Origin: an uncultured Eubacteriales bacterium
GTDB lineage: Bacteria > Actinomycetota > Coriobacteriia > Anaerosomatales > JAUVQN01
Direction of reading: 5' to 3'
Assembly (NCBI GenBank): GCA_964406675.1
Contig: CAYOSP010000003.1
Coordinates: 63,007 to 127,006 of the forward strand
DNA: 64,000 bases
The notes beneath the pieces were generated by a model, which did no database searches, was not told the origin of the DNA, and was given only the letters and a program-made list of their open reading frames with translations. The position numbers and the translations under genes are program-made. Each line of letters opens with the position of its first letter. Position 1 is the first letter of the stretch. Positions 1-8,735 of this stretch are shown piece by piece.

Positions 1-566
1 TCCCGCAGACCGAGCGCATCGCGGAGTCCGCGGTGGTACCCCGGCTGCACGAGGCGCTGCCGTTCCTCCCGGTGAGCCGCGCACACATGGGCTTCGTCGT
101 GGCGATCGTCGTGGCGATCGTCGTATGGGTGCTCCTCAAGTACACGACGCTCGGGTTCGAGAACCGGGCCGTCGGGTTCAACCCGTCTGCTTCCGAGGCC
201 GGCGGCATCTCCGTGTCGGGCACCATCGTGAAGGCGCTGTGCATCTCGGGCGCGCTCGCCGCGCTCGCCGGGGTATACGAGGTGCTCGGCTTGCATCAGC
301 GCCTGTTCGATCAGTTCTCGGCCGGGTTCGGCTTCACCGGGATCGCGGTCGCCCTGCTCGCGAAGAACCATCCGCTGGGCGTCATCCCGGCGGCGGTGCT
401 GTTCGGAGCCCTCTCGGCGGGCGCCGGCACCATGCAGTTGGAGGCGGACGTCCCGCAGAAGGTCATCTTCATCATCCAGGCGCTCATCATATTCTTCGTC
501 GCCGCGGAGGAACTCGCGCGCTGGTTCTTCAAGCGGCGCAAGCAGGCGGTGGCCGAGAGTGCTTAG
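1..566 (+). CDS. ABC transporter permease, C-terminal part (5' end outside the window)
   Basis: Frame is open from the window edge (track ORF 33..566). Multi-TM hydrophobic protein resembling sugar/nucleoside (BMP-type) ABC permeases. Its stop overlaps the start of the next permease gene. Confidence 0.75.
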   Translation, partial: PQTERIAESAVVPRLHEALPFLPVSRAHMGFVVAIVVAIVVWVLLKYTTLGFENRAVGFNPSASEAGGISVSGTIVKALCISGALAALAGVYEVLGLHQRLFDQFSAGFGFTGIAVALLAKNHPLGVIPAAVLFGALSAGAGTMQLEADVPQKVIFIIQALIIFFVAAEELARWFFKRRKQAVAESA

Positions 567-1512
567 CGAGATCCTCACCCCCGATCTCTTCGCCGCCGCG
601 TTGCGCATGGCCACGCCGCTCGCGCTCGCCGCCATCGGCGGGACGATCTGCGAGCGCTCCGGGGTCGTGAATATCGCGCTCGAGGGGATGATGCTCGCAG
701 GCGCGTTCTTCGCGGTGGTGGTCACCATGTTCACGGGCAGCCCCTGGCTCGGGGCGCTCGCCGCCATGGCCATGGGCGCGGTCTTCGCGCTCATCCACGC
801 GTACGCGTCGGTCACGTTGAAGACCGACCAGGTGGTCTCCGGCACGGCGATCAACATCCTGGCGCTGGGCGTGACCGGCTTCCTCATGGAGGTCATCTAC
901 GGTCACCCCGGCACCACCGACCCGGTGGCGAGGCTCACGCCGGTCTTCGACATCTCCGGTCCGACGGAGGGACTCATCGGAACGATCTGGCGCTGGGTGG
1001 ATGCGATCGTGTTCAGCCACACGCCGATCGTCTACATCGCGATCATCCTCGCGGTCGTGCTGCAGTGGTGGATGTATCGCACCACCTGGGGACTGCGCCT
1101 GCGGGCGATCGGCGAACATCCGCGCGCCGCGGACACGGTCGGGGTCGACGTCGTGTGGGGACGCTACGCGGCCGTGCTCTTCAGCGGGGCGATGGCGGGA
1201 CTCGCGGGGGCGAACCTCACGCTCGAGCAGGTCGGGTCGTTCACCGAGAACATGACGAACGGACGCGGATTCATCGCGTTGGCCGCCAACATCTTCGGGC
1301 GCTGGACGCCGAGCGGCTCCTACGCCGCCTCGCTACTCTTCGGATTCGCGGACGGCCTGCAGATCAAGCTGCAGCCGCTGCGTGAGATCATCCCGATCCC
1401 GCCGGAGTTCTTCCTCATGCTGCCGTACGTCCTCACCGTGATCGTGCTCGCGGGCGTGGTGGGACGCGCGGTCGCTCCGGCCGCGATCGGCAAGCCGTAC
1501 GAGAAGGAGTAG
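559..1512 (+). CDS. ABC transporter permease (second membrane subunit, sugar/nucleoside type)
   Basis: 317 aa. The N-terminus LAAIGGTICERSGVVNIALEGMML is typical of this permease family. 8-nt overlap with the upstream permease. Confidence 0.8.
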   Translation: MLSEILTPDLFAAALRMATPLALAAIGGTICERSGVVNIALEGMMLAGAFFAVVVTMFTGSPWLGALAAMAMGAVFALIHAYASVTLKTDQVVSGTAINILALGVTGFLMEVIYGHPGTTDPVARLTPVFDISGPTEGLIGTIWRWVDAIVFSHTPIVYIAIILAVVLQWWMYRTTWGLRLRAIGEHPRAADTVGVDVVWGRYAAVLFSGAMAGLAGANLTLEQVGSFTENMTNGRGFIALAANIFGRWTPSGSYAASLLFGFADGLQIKLQPLREIIPIPPEFFLMLPYVLTVIVLAGVVGRAVAPAAIGKPYEKE

Positions 1513-1517
1513 GTCGC

Positions 1518-1769
1518 ATGGCGACCGAGCGAGGCTTCCGCCTGGGGCGCGCGGTGGTGTGGGCGTCCTCGTGGGCGTTGGGCGCGGCCCTCGGGGTCGC
1601 CGGCGGCGCCTATCTCACCGTGGTCGGTCAGGCCGGGGCGCCCGGCGTCACCGCCATCGAGCCCGGGACCGACCTGTTGCTGCTCCCCGCGCTCGCCTTC
1701 GCGACGGTGTTCGTCGTCCACCTGGCGGTCGCCGGCGTGCTGCACGCGGTACGCCGGCCGCGGGACTGA
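1518..1769 (+). CDS. small hypothetical membrane protein (about 2 TM helices)
   Basis: 83-aa ORF with ATG preceded by GAAGGAG. Two hydrophobic stretches. No family recognised. Confidence 0.45.
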   Translation: MATERGFRLGRAVVWASSWALGAALGVAGGAYLTVVGQAGAPGVTAIEPGTDLLLLPALAFATVFVVHLAVAGVLHAVRRPRD

Positions 1770-1847
1770 GCCCGCGACCGGCGCTTCCCTCACGCGTCTC
1801 TCACGCGTCCCCTCGCCCGGACCCGACTCGCTGGGACGGGCGGGGGC

Positions 1848-2876
1848 TCACTCCGTATCGGAGCCCGCATGGGCGGACCTGTACCTGCGCACCACGAGCC
1901 AGATCACGCCTGCGAGGACCGCCACGATCGCGAGGACCGGCAGAGCGCCGATCCCGATCACGATGATGGCGTTCACGACGTCGGCCGCGAGGCGCAGACC
2001 CGTGGTGAGCGCTTGCCGGAAGCCCCAATCGGGGCCCTCGGGCTGCGCGATGGGGCCCGGCTCGGTCAGCTCGACGGTGACCGTGGCCATCGCGGCCTGA
2101 CGTTCCAGGTACGAGATCCGCGCGTCGAGGGATTCGATCTCGCCGCGCACCCGCGCGAGCTCGCGCTCGATGGCGAGCATGTCCTCGACGCTCTCCGCCG
2201 CGTCGAAGAACTCCCGCAGCCTCGCTTCCTCGGCCTGCAGGTTCTCGAGCCGCGCCTGGAGGTCCACGTGCTCCTGCGTCACGTCGTCGCGGCTCTCCGC
2301 TTCCCACTCGACCTCACCGAGATCGCGCAACTGCGCGACGAATCCTTCGAAGCGGTCCGACGGGACGCGGACGGTGATCCACCCGGAGAGGGGACCGCCG
2401 CTCCCGGTGCTCGTGCCGTATTCGTCGTAGCGGTACACAGGCCCGCCGTCGGTGGCGATGCGGGTGTTGGTCACGAAGCCGCCCGCGGAGCCGGCGAGAT
2501 CGCGGATGTCCCGGGCCGCGTCGGCGACGCTCTCCACCTCGAGGCGGAGTGACTTGTCGCGGATGATGAGCCGATCCTCCGGAGGGGTATCCGACGCGTC
2601 CTCACCGGCCGCTCCCTCGCCCGGCGGGGGCATCGCGGAGTCCATCACCTCTTCCTGCGCGAGATCCCGGGTGACGGCGCCTCCCTGGGCCGGCGGCGTG
2701 GACTCGTCCGCGCCCCCGGTCAGCCCGCCGCACCCGGCCGAGAGCAGCAGCGCCGCCATCAGGACCAGGACCGTGAGAGCGCGGCGGGCTCCCGGCCCCG
2801 GACCCACCTCCGCCTTCGCCTTCGTCGTGCGATGCTCGCGGTCTCGCGTGTTCGCCTCTTGCGTGTTCGGCTCCAT
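1848..2876 (-). CDS. DUF4349-like lipoprotein
   Basis: Track ORF 1848..2966, trimmed to the internal Met (MEPNT...) that precedes a lipobox-like LLSAGC signal. The body has the DUF4349 pattern: coiled-coil LQARLENLQAEEARL, ERELARVRGEIESL and a C-terminal TM segment. Confidence 0.7.
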   Translation of the reverse strand: MEPNTQEANTRDREHRTTKAKAEVGPGPGARRALTVLVLMAALLLSAGCGGLTGGADESTPPAQGGAVTRDLAQEEVMDSAMPPPGEGAAGEDASDTPPEDRLIIRDKSLRLEVESVADAARDIRDLAGSAGGFVTNTRIATDGGPVYRYDEYGTSTGSGGPLSGWITVRVPSDRFEGFVAQLRDLGEVEWEAESRDDVTQEHVDLQARLENLQAEEARLREFFDAAESVEDMLAIERELARVRGEIESLDARISYLERQAAMATVTVELTEPGPIAQPEGPDWGFRQALTTGLRLAADVVNAIIVIGIGALPVLAIVAVLAGVIWLVVRRYRSAHAGSDTE

Positions 2877-3050
2877 GGTCGGCCTCCTCGGATCGACGGT
2901 CGTCGTGTGGAGACGCGCGAACGCCCCCACCGGATGTCGGGCGGGAGCGTCCTCGTCACAGCTCATGATGGCCGTTCGGTCGCCTGGTCCGTGATCGATC
3001 CTCGATCGTGCCGTGATCGATCCTCTATCGTGATCATCCGCGCGAGGCGA

Positions 3051-3194
3051 TCACTCCTCGATCGTGATCTCCTGTTCCCGCTTCTTGAGCACCGTGGCCG
3101 CGTACGCCCCGATGGCGATGGCCAACAGGACGATGACCAGGAATGCGACGAACAGCACGTTCATCAACACGACCGGTATGTTCAGTCCCAACAT
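3051..3194 (-). CDS. candidate 47-aa hydrophobic mini-protein, below the ORF-track size cutoff
   Basis: Read by hand: MLGLNIPVVLMNVLFVAFLVIVLLAIAIGAYAATVLKKREQEITIEE, stop at 3051-3053. GGAGGTGA lies 5 nt upstream of the ATG at 3194. An alternative ATG at 3221 lacks an SD. One TM helix with a charged tail. Confidence 0.35.
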   Translation of the reverse strand: MLGLNIPVVLMNVLFVAFLVIVLLAIAIGAYAATVLKKREQEITIEE

Positions 3195-3452
3195 CGGACG
3201 GATCACCTCCGTCTCGCCCATACGTCTCACGGCAGATTCTACGTGTTCCTGTGACAGGCGGGCAACCGTGTCCGGGCCGTCGTCCCCCGGTCACCGTCTC
3301 CAGGGGATCGCTCGGGCGGCACATACCTCTCGGCCGTTCATTTCGCTGTCAAGGCGCGTCTTCCTCCCGTACGTCGGTTGTGACGCAGGCCGACGCGCGG
3401 CGGTTCGGATGACGGGGGGTGGGAAGGTCCGCCCGAGCGGTGTCGGCGGGGA

Positions 3453-3506
3453 GTGGTCCGGTGGGGGACATTCCATTGTGGGTGTTGCAAAGTGGGATGA
3501 AGTGGA
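3453..3506 (+). promoter_or_regulatory. candidate MraZ operator: direct GTGG(G/A) repeats
   Basis: GTGG at 3453, GTGGG at 3461, 3478 and 3492, GTGGA at 3502. The last two (AGTGGGatgaAGTGGA) are 10 nt apart and lie inside the promoter spacer. Confidence 0.35.
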
Positions 3507-3513
3507 ATACAGT
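3485..3513 (+). promoter_or_regulatory. candidate sigma70-type dcw promoter (Pmra-like): TTGCAA-17 nt-TACAGT
   Basis: TTGCAA at 3485-3490 and TACAGT at 3508-3513, 17-nt spacer, about 60 nt upstream of mraZ. Confidence 0.4.
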
Positions 3514-3575
3514 ATGCATCGAAGTGTAGGCCCGTGGTCCGCCGGTGGGGCGGACCCGCTCAGGGGAGGCAAGCA

Positions 3576-4010
3576 GTGTTCCTCGGTGAGTTCCAGCACA
3601 CGCTGGACACCAAAGGACGTGTCTCCCTCCCCGCGCGCTTCCGGAACGAGATGACCGCGCGGATCGTGGTCTCCAAGGGTATGGAGGGGAGCCTCTACGT
3701 GTTCCCTGCCGAGAACTTCGAAGAGTCCATCGAGCGGCTGCTCGAGAGCAACGAGTTCGACCCGAAGGTGCGCAAGGTCCGTCGCTTCTTCATGTCCGGC
3801 GCGACCGACGTGGAGATCGACTCCGCGGGGAGGATGACCATCCCGCCGCACCTGCGCGAGTACGCGAAGCTCGAGAAGGAAGTGGCCGTCATCGGCAACG
3901 GGGACCGGATCGAGCTGTGGGATTCGGGCGAGTGGGAGCGCTACAACAGCGAGACCACCGAGCACATCGAGGATCTCGCCGCCGAGCTGGTCGACTCCAG
4001 TCAGCTGTAG
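3576..4010 (+). CDS. mraZ: transcriptional regulator MraZ
   Basis: Track ORF 3534..4010, trimmed to GTG 3576 (GGGGAGG 7 nt upstream). This gives the canonical N-terminus (M)FLGEFQHTLDTKGRVSLPARFR. First gene of the dcw cluster. Confidence 0.9.
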   Translation: MFLGEFQHTLDTKGRVSLPARFRNEMTARIVVSKGMEGSLYVFPAENFEESIERLLESNEFDPKVRKVRRFFMSGATDVEIDSAGRMTIPPHLREYAKLEKEVAVIGNGDRIELWDSGEWERYNSETTEHIEDLAAELVDSSQL

Positions 4011-4031
4011 ACGGATCACCCATAGAGGGCG

Positions 4032-4982
4032 TTGACAATGGAATACCGGCACACCCCAGTCTTGCCGGCCGAGGTCATGCAGCACCTATCGCCGCAGCAC
4101 GGTTCCATGATCGTCGACTGTACCTTGGGCGGGGCAGGACACGCGAAGCGGATCCTAGATTCGATCGCACCCGACGGCATCCTCGTCGGGATCGATAGGG
4201 ACCGCGCAGCACTAGACGCAGCAGAAGACACACTACGCCTCGGCCGGCAAGCCGTTCTTCTCCAAGGGGATTTCGCCGACATGGACCGCCTGCTCACGGA
4301 AGCGGGCGTCCCCTACGTCGACGGGTTCCTCTTCGATCTGGGGGTGTCCTCCTATCAGCTGGACGAGCCCGAGCGGGGCTTCAGCTATCGGGAGGACGCT
4401 CCGCTCGACATGCGGATGGACCCGGAGAGCGAGCGCCCGACCGCCGCCGACGTGCTCGATGAGTACGACGAGGCGGCACTCGCCAGGATCATCCGGGAGT
4501 ACGGAGAGGACCGGTGGGCCTCGCGCATCGCAGCATTCATCGTAGCCGCGCGAGGCCACCGTCCGATCCGGACCACGTCGGAGCTGGTCGAGATCGTCAA
4601 GCAGGCGATCCCCGCATCGGCACGGAGGGAGGGGCCGCACCCGGCGCGCCGCACCTTCCAAGCGCTGCGCATAGAGGTCAACGCGGAACTCGAGGAACTC
4701 AGGACGGGACTGGACGCCGCGGTGCGGTGGCTCGTCCCCGGCGGGAGGATCGTGGTGATCAGCTATCACTCGCTCGAGGATCGGATCGTGAAGCAGAGCT
4801 TCGAGCGGTACGCGAGGGGTTGCGTCTGTCCGCCGGACCTCCCGGTCTGTGCGTGCGACGAGGTGCCGGTACTCCGGGTGGTGACCAAGCAGGCGGTCAC
4901 CCCGACCGAAGACGAGATCGAACGGAATCCGCGGGCCCGAAGCGCCAAGCTGAGGGCCGCCGAGCGGCTCCGGGACGCATAG
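4032..4982 (+). CDS. rsmH: 16S rRNA (cytosine1402-N4)-methyltransferase RsmH
   Basis: HTPVL, DCTLGGAGH, FDLGVSSYQLD and ISYHSLEDR motifs. Sits directly after mraZ. Confidence 0.92.
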   Translation: MTMEYRHTPVLPAEVMQHLSPQHGSMIVDCTLGGAGHAKRILDSIAPDGILVGIDRDRAALDAAEDTLRLGRQAVLLQGDFADMDRLLTEAGVPYVDGFLFDLGVSSYQLDEPERGFSYREDAPLDMRMDPESERPTAADVLDEYDEAALARIIREYGEDRWASRIAAFIVAARGHRPIRTTSELVEIVKQAIPASARREGPHPARRTFQALRIEVNAELEELRTGLDAAVRWLVPGGRIVVISYHSLEDRIVKQSFERYARGCVCPPDLPVCACDEVPVLRVVTKQAVTPTEDEIERNPRARSAKLRAAERLRDA

Positions 4983-5006
4983 GACGACGAACGAGGAGCG
5001 ACGCGG

Positions 5007-5492
5007 ATGGCGAAGGCGCGCGGCAGATATGGGGAGGCCTCCACGATGCTGCGCGTCTTCAGCGTGTGCATGCTCGTGTTCGCGCTGTTCGGACTCACCA
5101 GGGTCGCGCTGGCGGCCAAGGTCGGCGAGGCGGCGATCGACGCCGATCGGCTTCGCGACGACATCCGCGAGGAGCTGTGCACGGGAGAGACGCTCCAGGC
5201 CGAACAGGGGAGTCTTGCGTCGCCTTCCCGGATCGAGGCGCTCGCCCGGGCCTCGATGGGCATGGCCGACCCTCAAGGGGTCGGGCACCTCTCGCTGGAG
5301 GGCCGGGTCCCGGCGGACTCGGCCGGCGCGGGGGACGTGGCGACCACGTCCGGCGCGTATCGCGCCTCGCTCACCTACGCCGATGACAGGCCGCCGTCGG
5401 CAGCGGGCCTGATCGGCGAACTCATGGATATGGCGGCGGGAGAAGCGCAGTTCCTGCTGGTAGGGGATGTCGGACTGGCAAGCAGTCGCTGA
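5007..5492 (+). CDS. ftsL: cell division protein FtsL-like (single-pass membrane, coiled coil)
   Basis: 161 aa with an N-terminal TM helix (VFSVCMLVFALFGL). Called from its conserved slot between rsmH and ftsI. GAGGAG SD. Confidence 0.6.
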   Translation: MAKARGRYGEASTMLRVFSVCMLVFALFGLTRVALAAKVGEAAIDADRLRDDIREELCTGETLQAEQGSLASPSRIEALARASMGMADPQGVGHLSLEGRVPADSAGAGDVATTSGAYRASLTYADDRPPSAAGLIGELMDMAAGEAQFLLVGDVGLASSR

Positions 5493-5519
5493 CGGGTATT
5501 CCGCGAGAGGGGGACGGCC

Positions 5520-7271
5520 GTGACGCAGAGTCCGCATCCTGCCGGTCGGCCCCGACGGCTCAGGGCCGTCCTCGCACTGCTCGTCCTCGGCCTCGTGGTC
5601 GTATCCGCGCGGCTCGTGTGGATCCAGGTGGTGAGCGCGCCCGCCTTCGCTCAGGCGGCCACGACGCAACGGCTGCGCGACGTCGAGCTCACCCCCCGTA
5701 GAGGCGCTCTGCTGGACAGGGAGGGCGAGCCCCTGGCCGTGACCAAGGAGGCGCGTTCCGTCTATGCGTCTCCGCGGCTCGTGTCCGATCCGCAGGGCAC
5801 GGCCGTCGCGCTCTCGGGGGTGCTCGGGGGCGACAGCGAGGACTATCTCGCCCTCCTCGGCCGGCCCGGTGACTTCGTGTACATCGAGCGGAAGGTGTCG
5901 CTGGAGAAGGCTCAGGTCATCAGTGGACTGGCTCTGCCCGGTATCGGCCTGCTCGACGACTACGAGCGCGTGTATCCGGGCGGGACGCTCGCCGCGCAGA
6001 TACTGGGATTCGTCGGAGTGGACGACGGCGGTCTCGCCGGCCTGGAGTTCTATCACGATCCCACGCTCGCCGGGGTGTCGGGCAGGCTCGTGGCCGAGCG
6101 AGACAACGCCGGGAGGATCCTCCCCGGCACCATCCGCGTGGCCGAGGACCCCGTCGACGGGGAGGACGTGAGGCTCACCATCGATCGGGACATCCAGTAC
6201 GAGGCCGAGCGCGCTCTCGTCGAGGCGGTCGAACGATGGGAGGCGAAGGCCGGCTCGGTCGTGGTCATGGACCCGGACACCGGAGGGATCCTCGCGATGG
6301 CGAGCGTGCCGACCTTCGACCCGAACCGGTTCGGCGAGGCGGACCCCGAAGCCGTGCGGAATCGACCGGTGACCGATGTCTACGAGCCGGGCTCGACCAT
6401 GAAGTGCATGACCGCGGCGGCCGTCTTGGAAGAGGGGATCTTCGAGCCCGGATCGGTGTTCGATCTGGCGCCTACCATCGAGGTGGCGGATCGTGTGATC
6501 CACGAGTCACATGAGCGTGAGCGCGTACGGTGGACCCTGGAGGAGATCGTCGCGTACTCCTCCAACGTGGGCGCGGTCGAACTGGGTCGTGCGTTGGGAG
6601 AGGAGGACCTGCACTCGTCATTCACGCGGTTCGGGCTGGACGAGGCCACCGGCGTCGATTTCCCGGGCGAGACCAAGGGCTATCTCCCTCCACTGGAGGA
6701 CTGGTCCGGCTCTTCCATCGGCAACATCCCGTTCGGTCAGGGGATGTCCGTCACCGTGCTCCAGCTGGCCCGCACGTTGGGAGCGGTCGCGAACGGGGGT
6801 CGGCTCGTGACGCCGCACTTCGCGTCGGACGGAGAGCACGACGAGGGTGAGGGCGTCGCCGATACCGGTGCAGGGGGCGCGGCCGACGCCGGCGAGGAGG
6901 ACCCGGCGGAGCGCCGGGCGATGAGCGAGGAGACCGCGGCGCAGATGCGCGACATACTCGCTTCGGTGGTCTCGACGGGGACCGGCGGTGAGGCGGCTAT
7001 CGAGGGGTACACGGTGGCGGGCAAGACCGGGACGTCGCAGAAGGCGCGGACGGACGGCCGGGGCTACGCGACGGGGGAGTACGTCGCGTCCTTCGCCGGG
7101 TTCCTCCCTGTCGAGGACCCGGAGCTGCTCATCGTCGTCACCGTGGACGAGCCGCGCGGATCGATATACGGGGGCACGGTCGCCGCCCCCGCGTTCAGGC
7201 GTATCGGGGAGTTCGCCGCACGGCATCTGGCGATCGCCCCCGTGATAGAATCAACCGACCCCGCGCGGTGA
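5520..7271 (+). CDS. ftsI: penicillin-binding protein 2 / FtsI-type transpeptidase
   Basis: N-terminal TM anchor and PBP dimerisation region. Transpeptidase motifs STMK, SSN and KTGT are all present. Confidence 0.9.
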   Translation: MTQSPHPAGRPRRLRAVLALLVLGLVVVSARLVWIQVVSAPAFAQAATTQRLRDVELTPRRGALLDREGEPLAVTKEARSVYASPRLVSDPQGTAVALSGVLGGDSEDYLALLGRPGDFVYIERKVSLEKAQVISGLALPGIGLLDDYERVYPGGTLAAQILGFVGVDDGGLAGLEFYHDPTLAGVSGRLVAERDNAGRILPGTIRVAEDPVDGEDVRLTIDRDIQYEAERALVEAVERWEAKAGSVVVMDPDTGGILAMASVPTFDPNRFGEADPEAVRNRPVTDVYEPGSTMKCMTAAAVLEEGIFEPGSVFDLAPTIEVADRVIHESHERERVRWTLEEIVAYSSNVGAVELGRALGEEDLHSSFTRFGLDEATGVDFPGETKGYLPPLEDWSGSSIGNIPFGQGMSVTVLQLARTLGAVANGGRLVTPHFASDGEHDEGEGVADTGAGGAADAGEEDPAERRAMSEETAAQMRDILASVVSTGTGGEAAIEGYTVAGKTGTSQKARTDGRGYATGEYVASFAGFLPVEDPELLIVVTVDEPRGSIYGGTVAAPAFRRIGEFAARHLAIAPVIESTDPAR

Positions 7272-7277
7272 GGAGAG

Positions 7278-8735
7278 GTGCAGCTCCCGCTCTCACGAAT
7301 GCTCGCCGGCACCGGGATCGTGGAGGCCTCGGATGAGGCGCTCGCGACCGTCGTGTCAGGTGTGGCCTACCGTTCCGATCGCGTCGCTGACGGCGACGCG
7401 TTCTTCTGCATCCCCGGATTCGTCCACGACGGTCACGACTTCGCCGCCGACGCGGCGCGTCGGGGCGCTGCCGCGCTCGTCGTGAAGCGTCCGGTCGGGG
7501 TTCCCGGGGTGCCGGAGGCGGTGGTCGAGGACACGAGGGCGGCGCTCGCCGAGGCGGCCGCGGTCGCGTACGGGCGTCCCAGCGAGTCGCTGCAGGTCGC
7601 CGGCATCACCGGCACGAACGGCAAGACGACCACGACGTACCTGCTGGACGCGATCCTGAACGCCGCGGGTCGCGTCACCGGGCTGATCGGGACGGTGGAG
7701 ACCCGGGTGGCGGGCGAGTCGCGCAAGGCGGGGCGCACGACCCCGGAGTCGGCAGATCTGCAGGCGCTGCTGGCGGAGATGGTCGAGAGGGGCGTGGGCG
7801 CCGCGGTCATGGAGGTCTCGTCGCACGCCATCGATCTGCACCGGGTGGACGCGATCCGCTTCGGAGTGGCCGGGTTCACCAACCTCACGCAGGATCACCT
7901 GGACTATCACCGTTCCATGGAGGAGTACTTCGCGGTGAAGCGCAGACTGTTCGATGAGTTCGACGTGGCCGAGCGCGTGGTCGACATCGACGACGCCGCC
8001 GGCGCGGATCTCGCGCGGTCCGTCGGCGCCGAGTGGACCGTGTCCATGCGCGAGCAGGCCACGGTGCGCGCCCGCGACGTGGTGATGGACGCGACCGGTT
8101 CCTCCTTCAGGCTGGTGACGCCTTCCGGTGAGGCACCCGTGCGCCTCCCGGTGTCGGGGGCCTACAACGTGAGCAACGCGCTCGTGGCGGCCGGGTGTGC
8201 GATGGCCCTGGGTGTCGGACTCGGACCGGTGGTCGACGGACTCAGCCGGGCGCCGCAGGTGCCCGGGCGTCTCGAGCGCGTCGAGGCCGGTCAGCCGTTC
8301 TCCGTGTTCGTGGACTACGCCCACACGCCCGACGCGCTCGAGAAGGCGATACTCGCCGTGCGCGAGATCACGGAAGGCCGGGTGATCACCGTCTTCGGCT
8401 GCGGCGGCGATCGCGATCCGGAGAAGCGGCCCGCGATGGGTCTCGTGGCCGGACGCCTCTCCGACGTCGTCGTCGTGACGACCGACAACCCGCGCACCGA
8501 GGATCCCGTGGGCATCATCCTCCATATCGAGGACGGGCTGCGCGAGGGCTCGGCCGACTACGACGTCGTCGTCGACCGGCGGAAGGCGATCGGGCGGGCG
8601 ATAGGCGAGGCCCGAGAGGGCGACTCGGTGCTCATCGCCGGTAAGGGGCACGAGGACTACCAGATATTCGCCGAACGGACGATCCACTTCGATGACCGCG
8701 AGGTGGCCGTGGAGGTGCTCGCAGAGACATGCTGA
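7278..8735 (+). CDS. murE: UDP-N-acetylmuramoyl-L-alanyl-D-glutamate--2,6-diaminopimelate ligase MurE
   Basis: GITGTNGKTTT P-loop. The DNPR motif (TTDNPRTEDP) is associated with meso-DAP specificity. GTG start with GAGGAGAG SD. Confidence 0.93.
   Translation: MQLPLSRMLAGTGIVEASDEALATVVSGVAYRSDRVADGDAFFCIPGFVHDGHDFAADAARRGAAALVVKRPVGVPGVPEAVVEDTRAALAEAAAVAYGRPSESLQVAGITGTNGKTTTTYLLDAILNAAGRVTGLIGTVETRVAGESRKAGRTTPESADLQALLAEMVERGVGAAVMEVSSHAIDLHRVDAIRFGVAGFTNLTQDHLDYHRSMEEYFAVKRRLFDEFDVAERVVDIDDAAGADLARSVGAEWTVSMREQATVRARDVVMDATGSSFRLVTPSGEAPVRLPVSGAYNVSNALVAAGCAMALGVGLGPVVDGLSRAPQVPGRLERVEAGQPFSVFVDYAHTPDALEKAILAVREITEGRVITVFGCGGDRDPEKRPAMGLVAGRLSDVVVVTTDNPRTEDPVGIILHIEDGLREGSADYDVVVDRRKAIGRAIGEAREGDSVLIAGKGHEDYQIFAERTIHFDDREVAVEVLAETC

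Noticed and set aside
1809-1846. Hairpin CCCCTCGCCCG...CGGGCGGGGG between convergent genes, considered as a terminator
   Set aside because: It has a 17-nt loop, a bulge and no U-tract, which is too weak to call.
4233-6503. 756-aa minus-strand ORF across rsmH, ftsL and ftsI
   Set aside because: It is antisense to genes with clear motif support. Its translation is the Arg/Gly/Pro/His-rich low-complexity type expected of off-frame reading in GC-rich DNA. No family motif is present.
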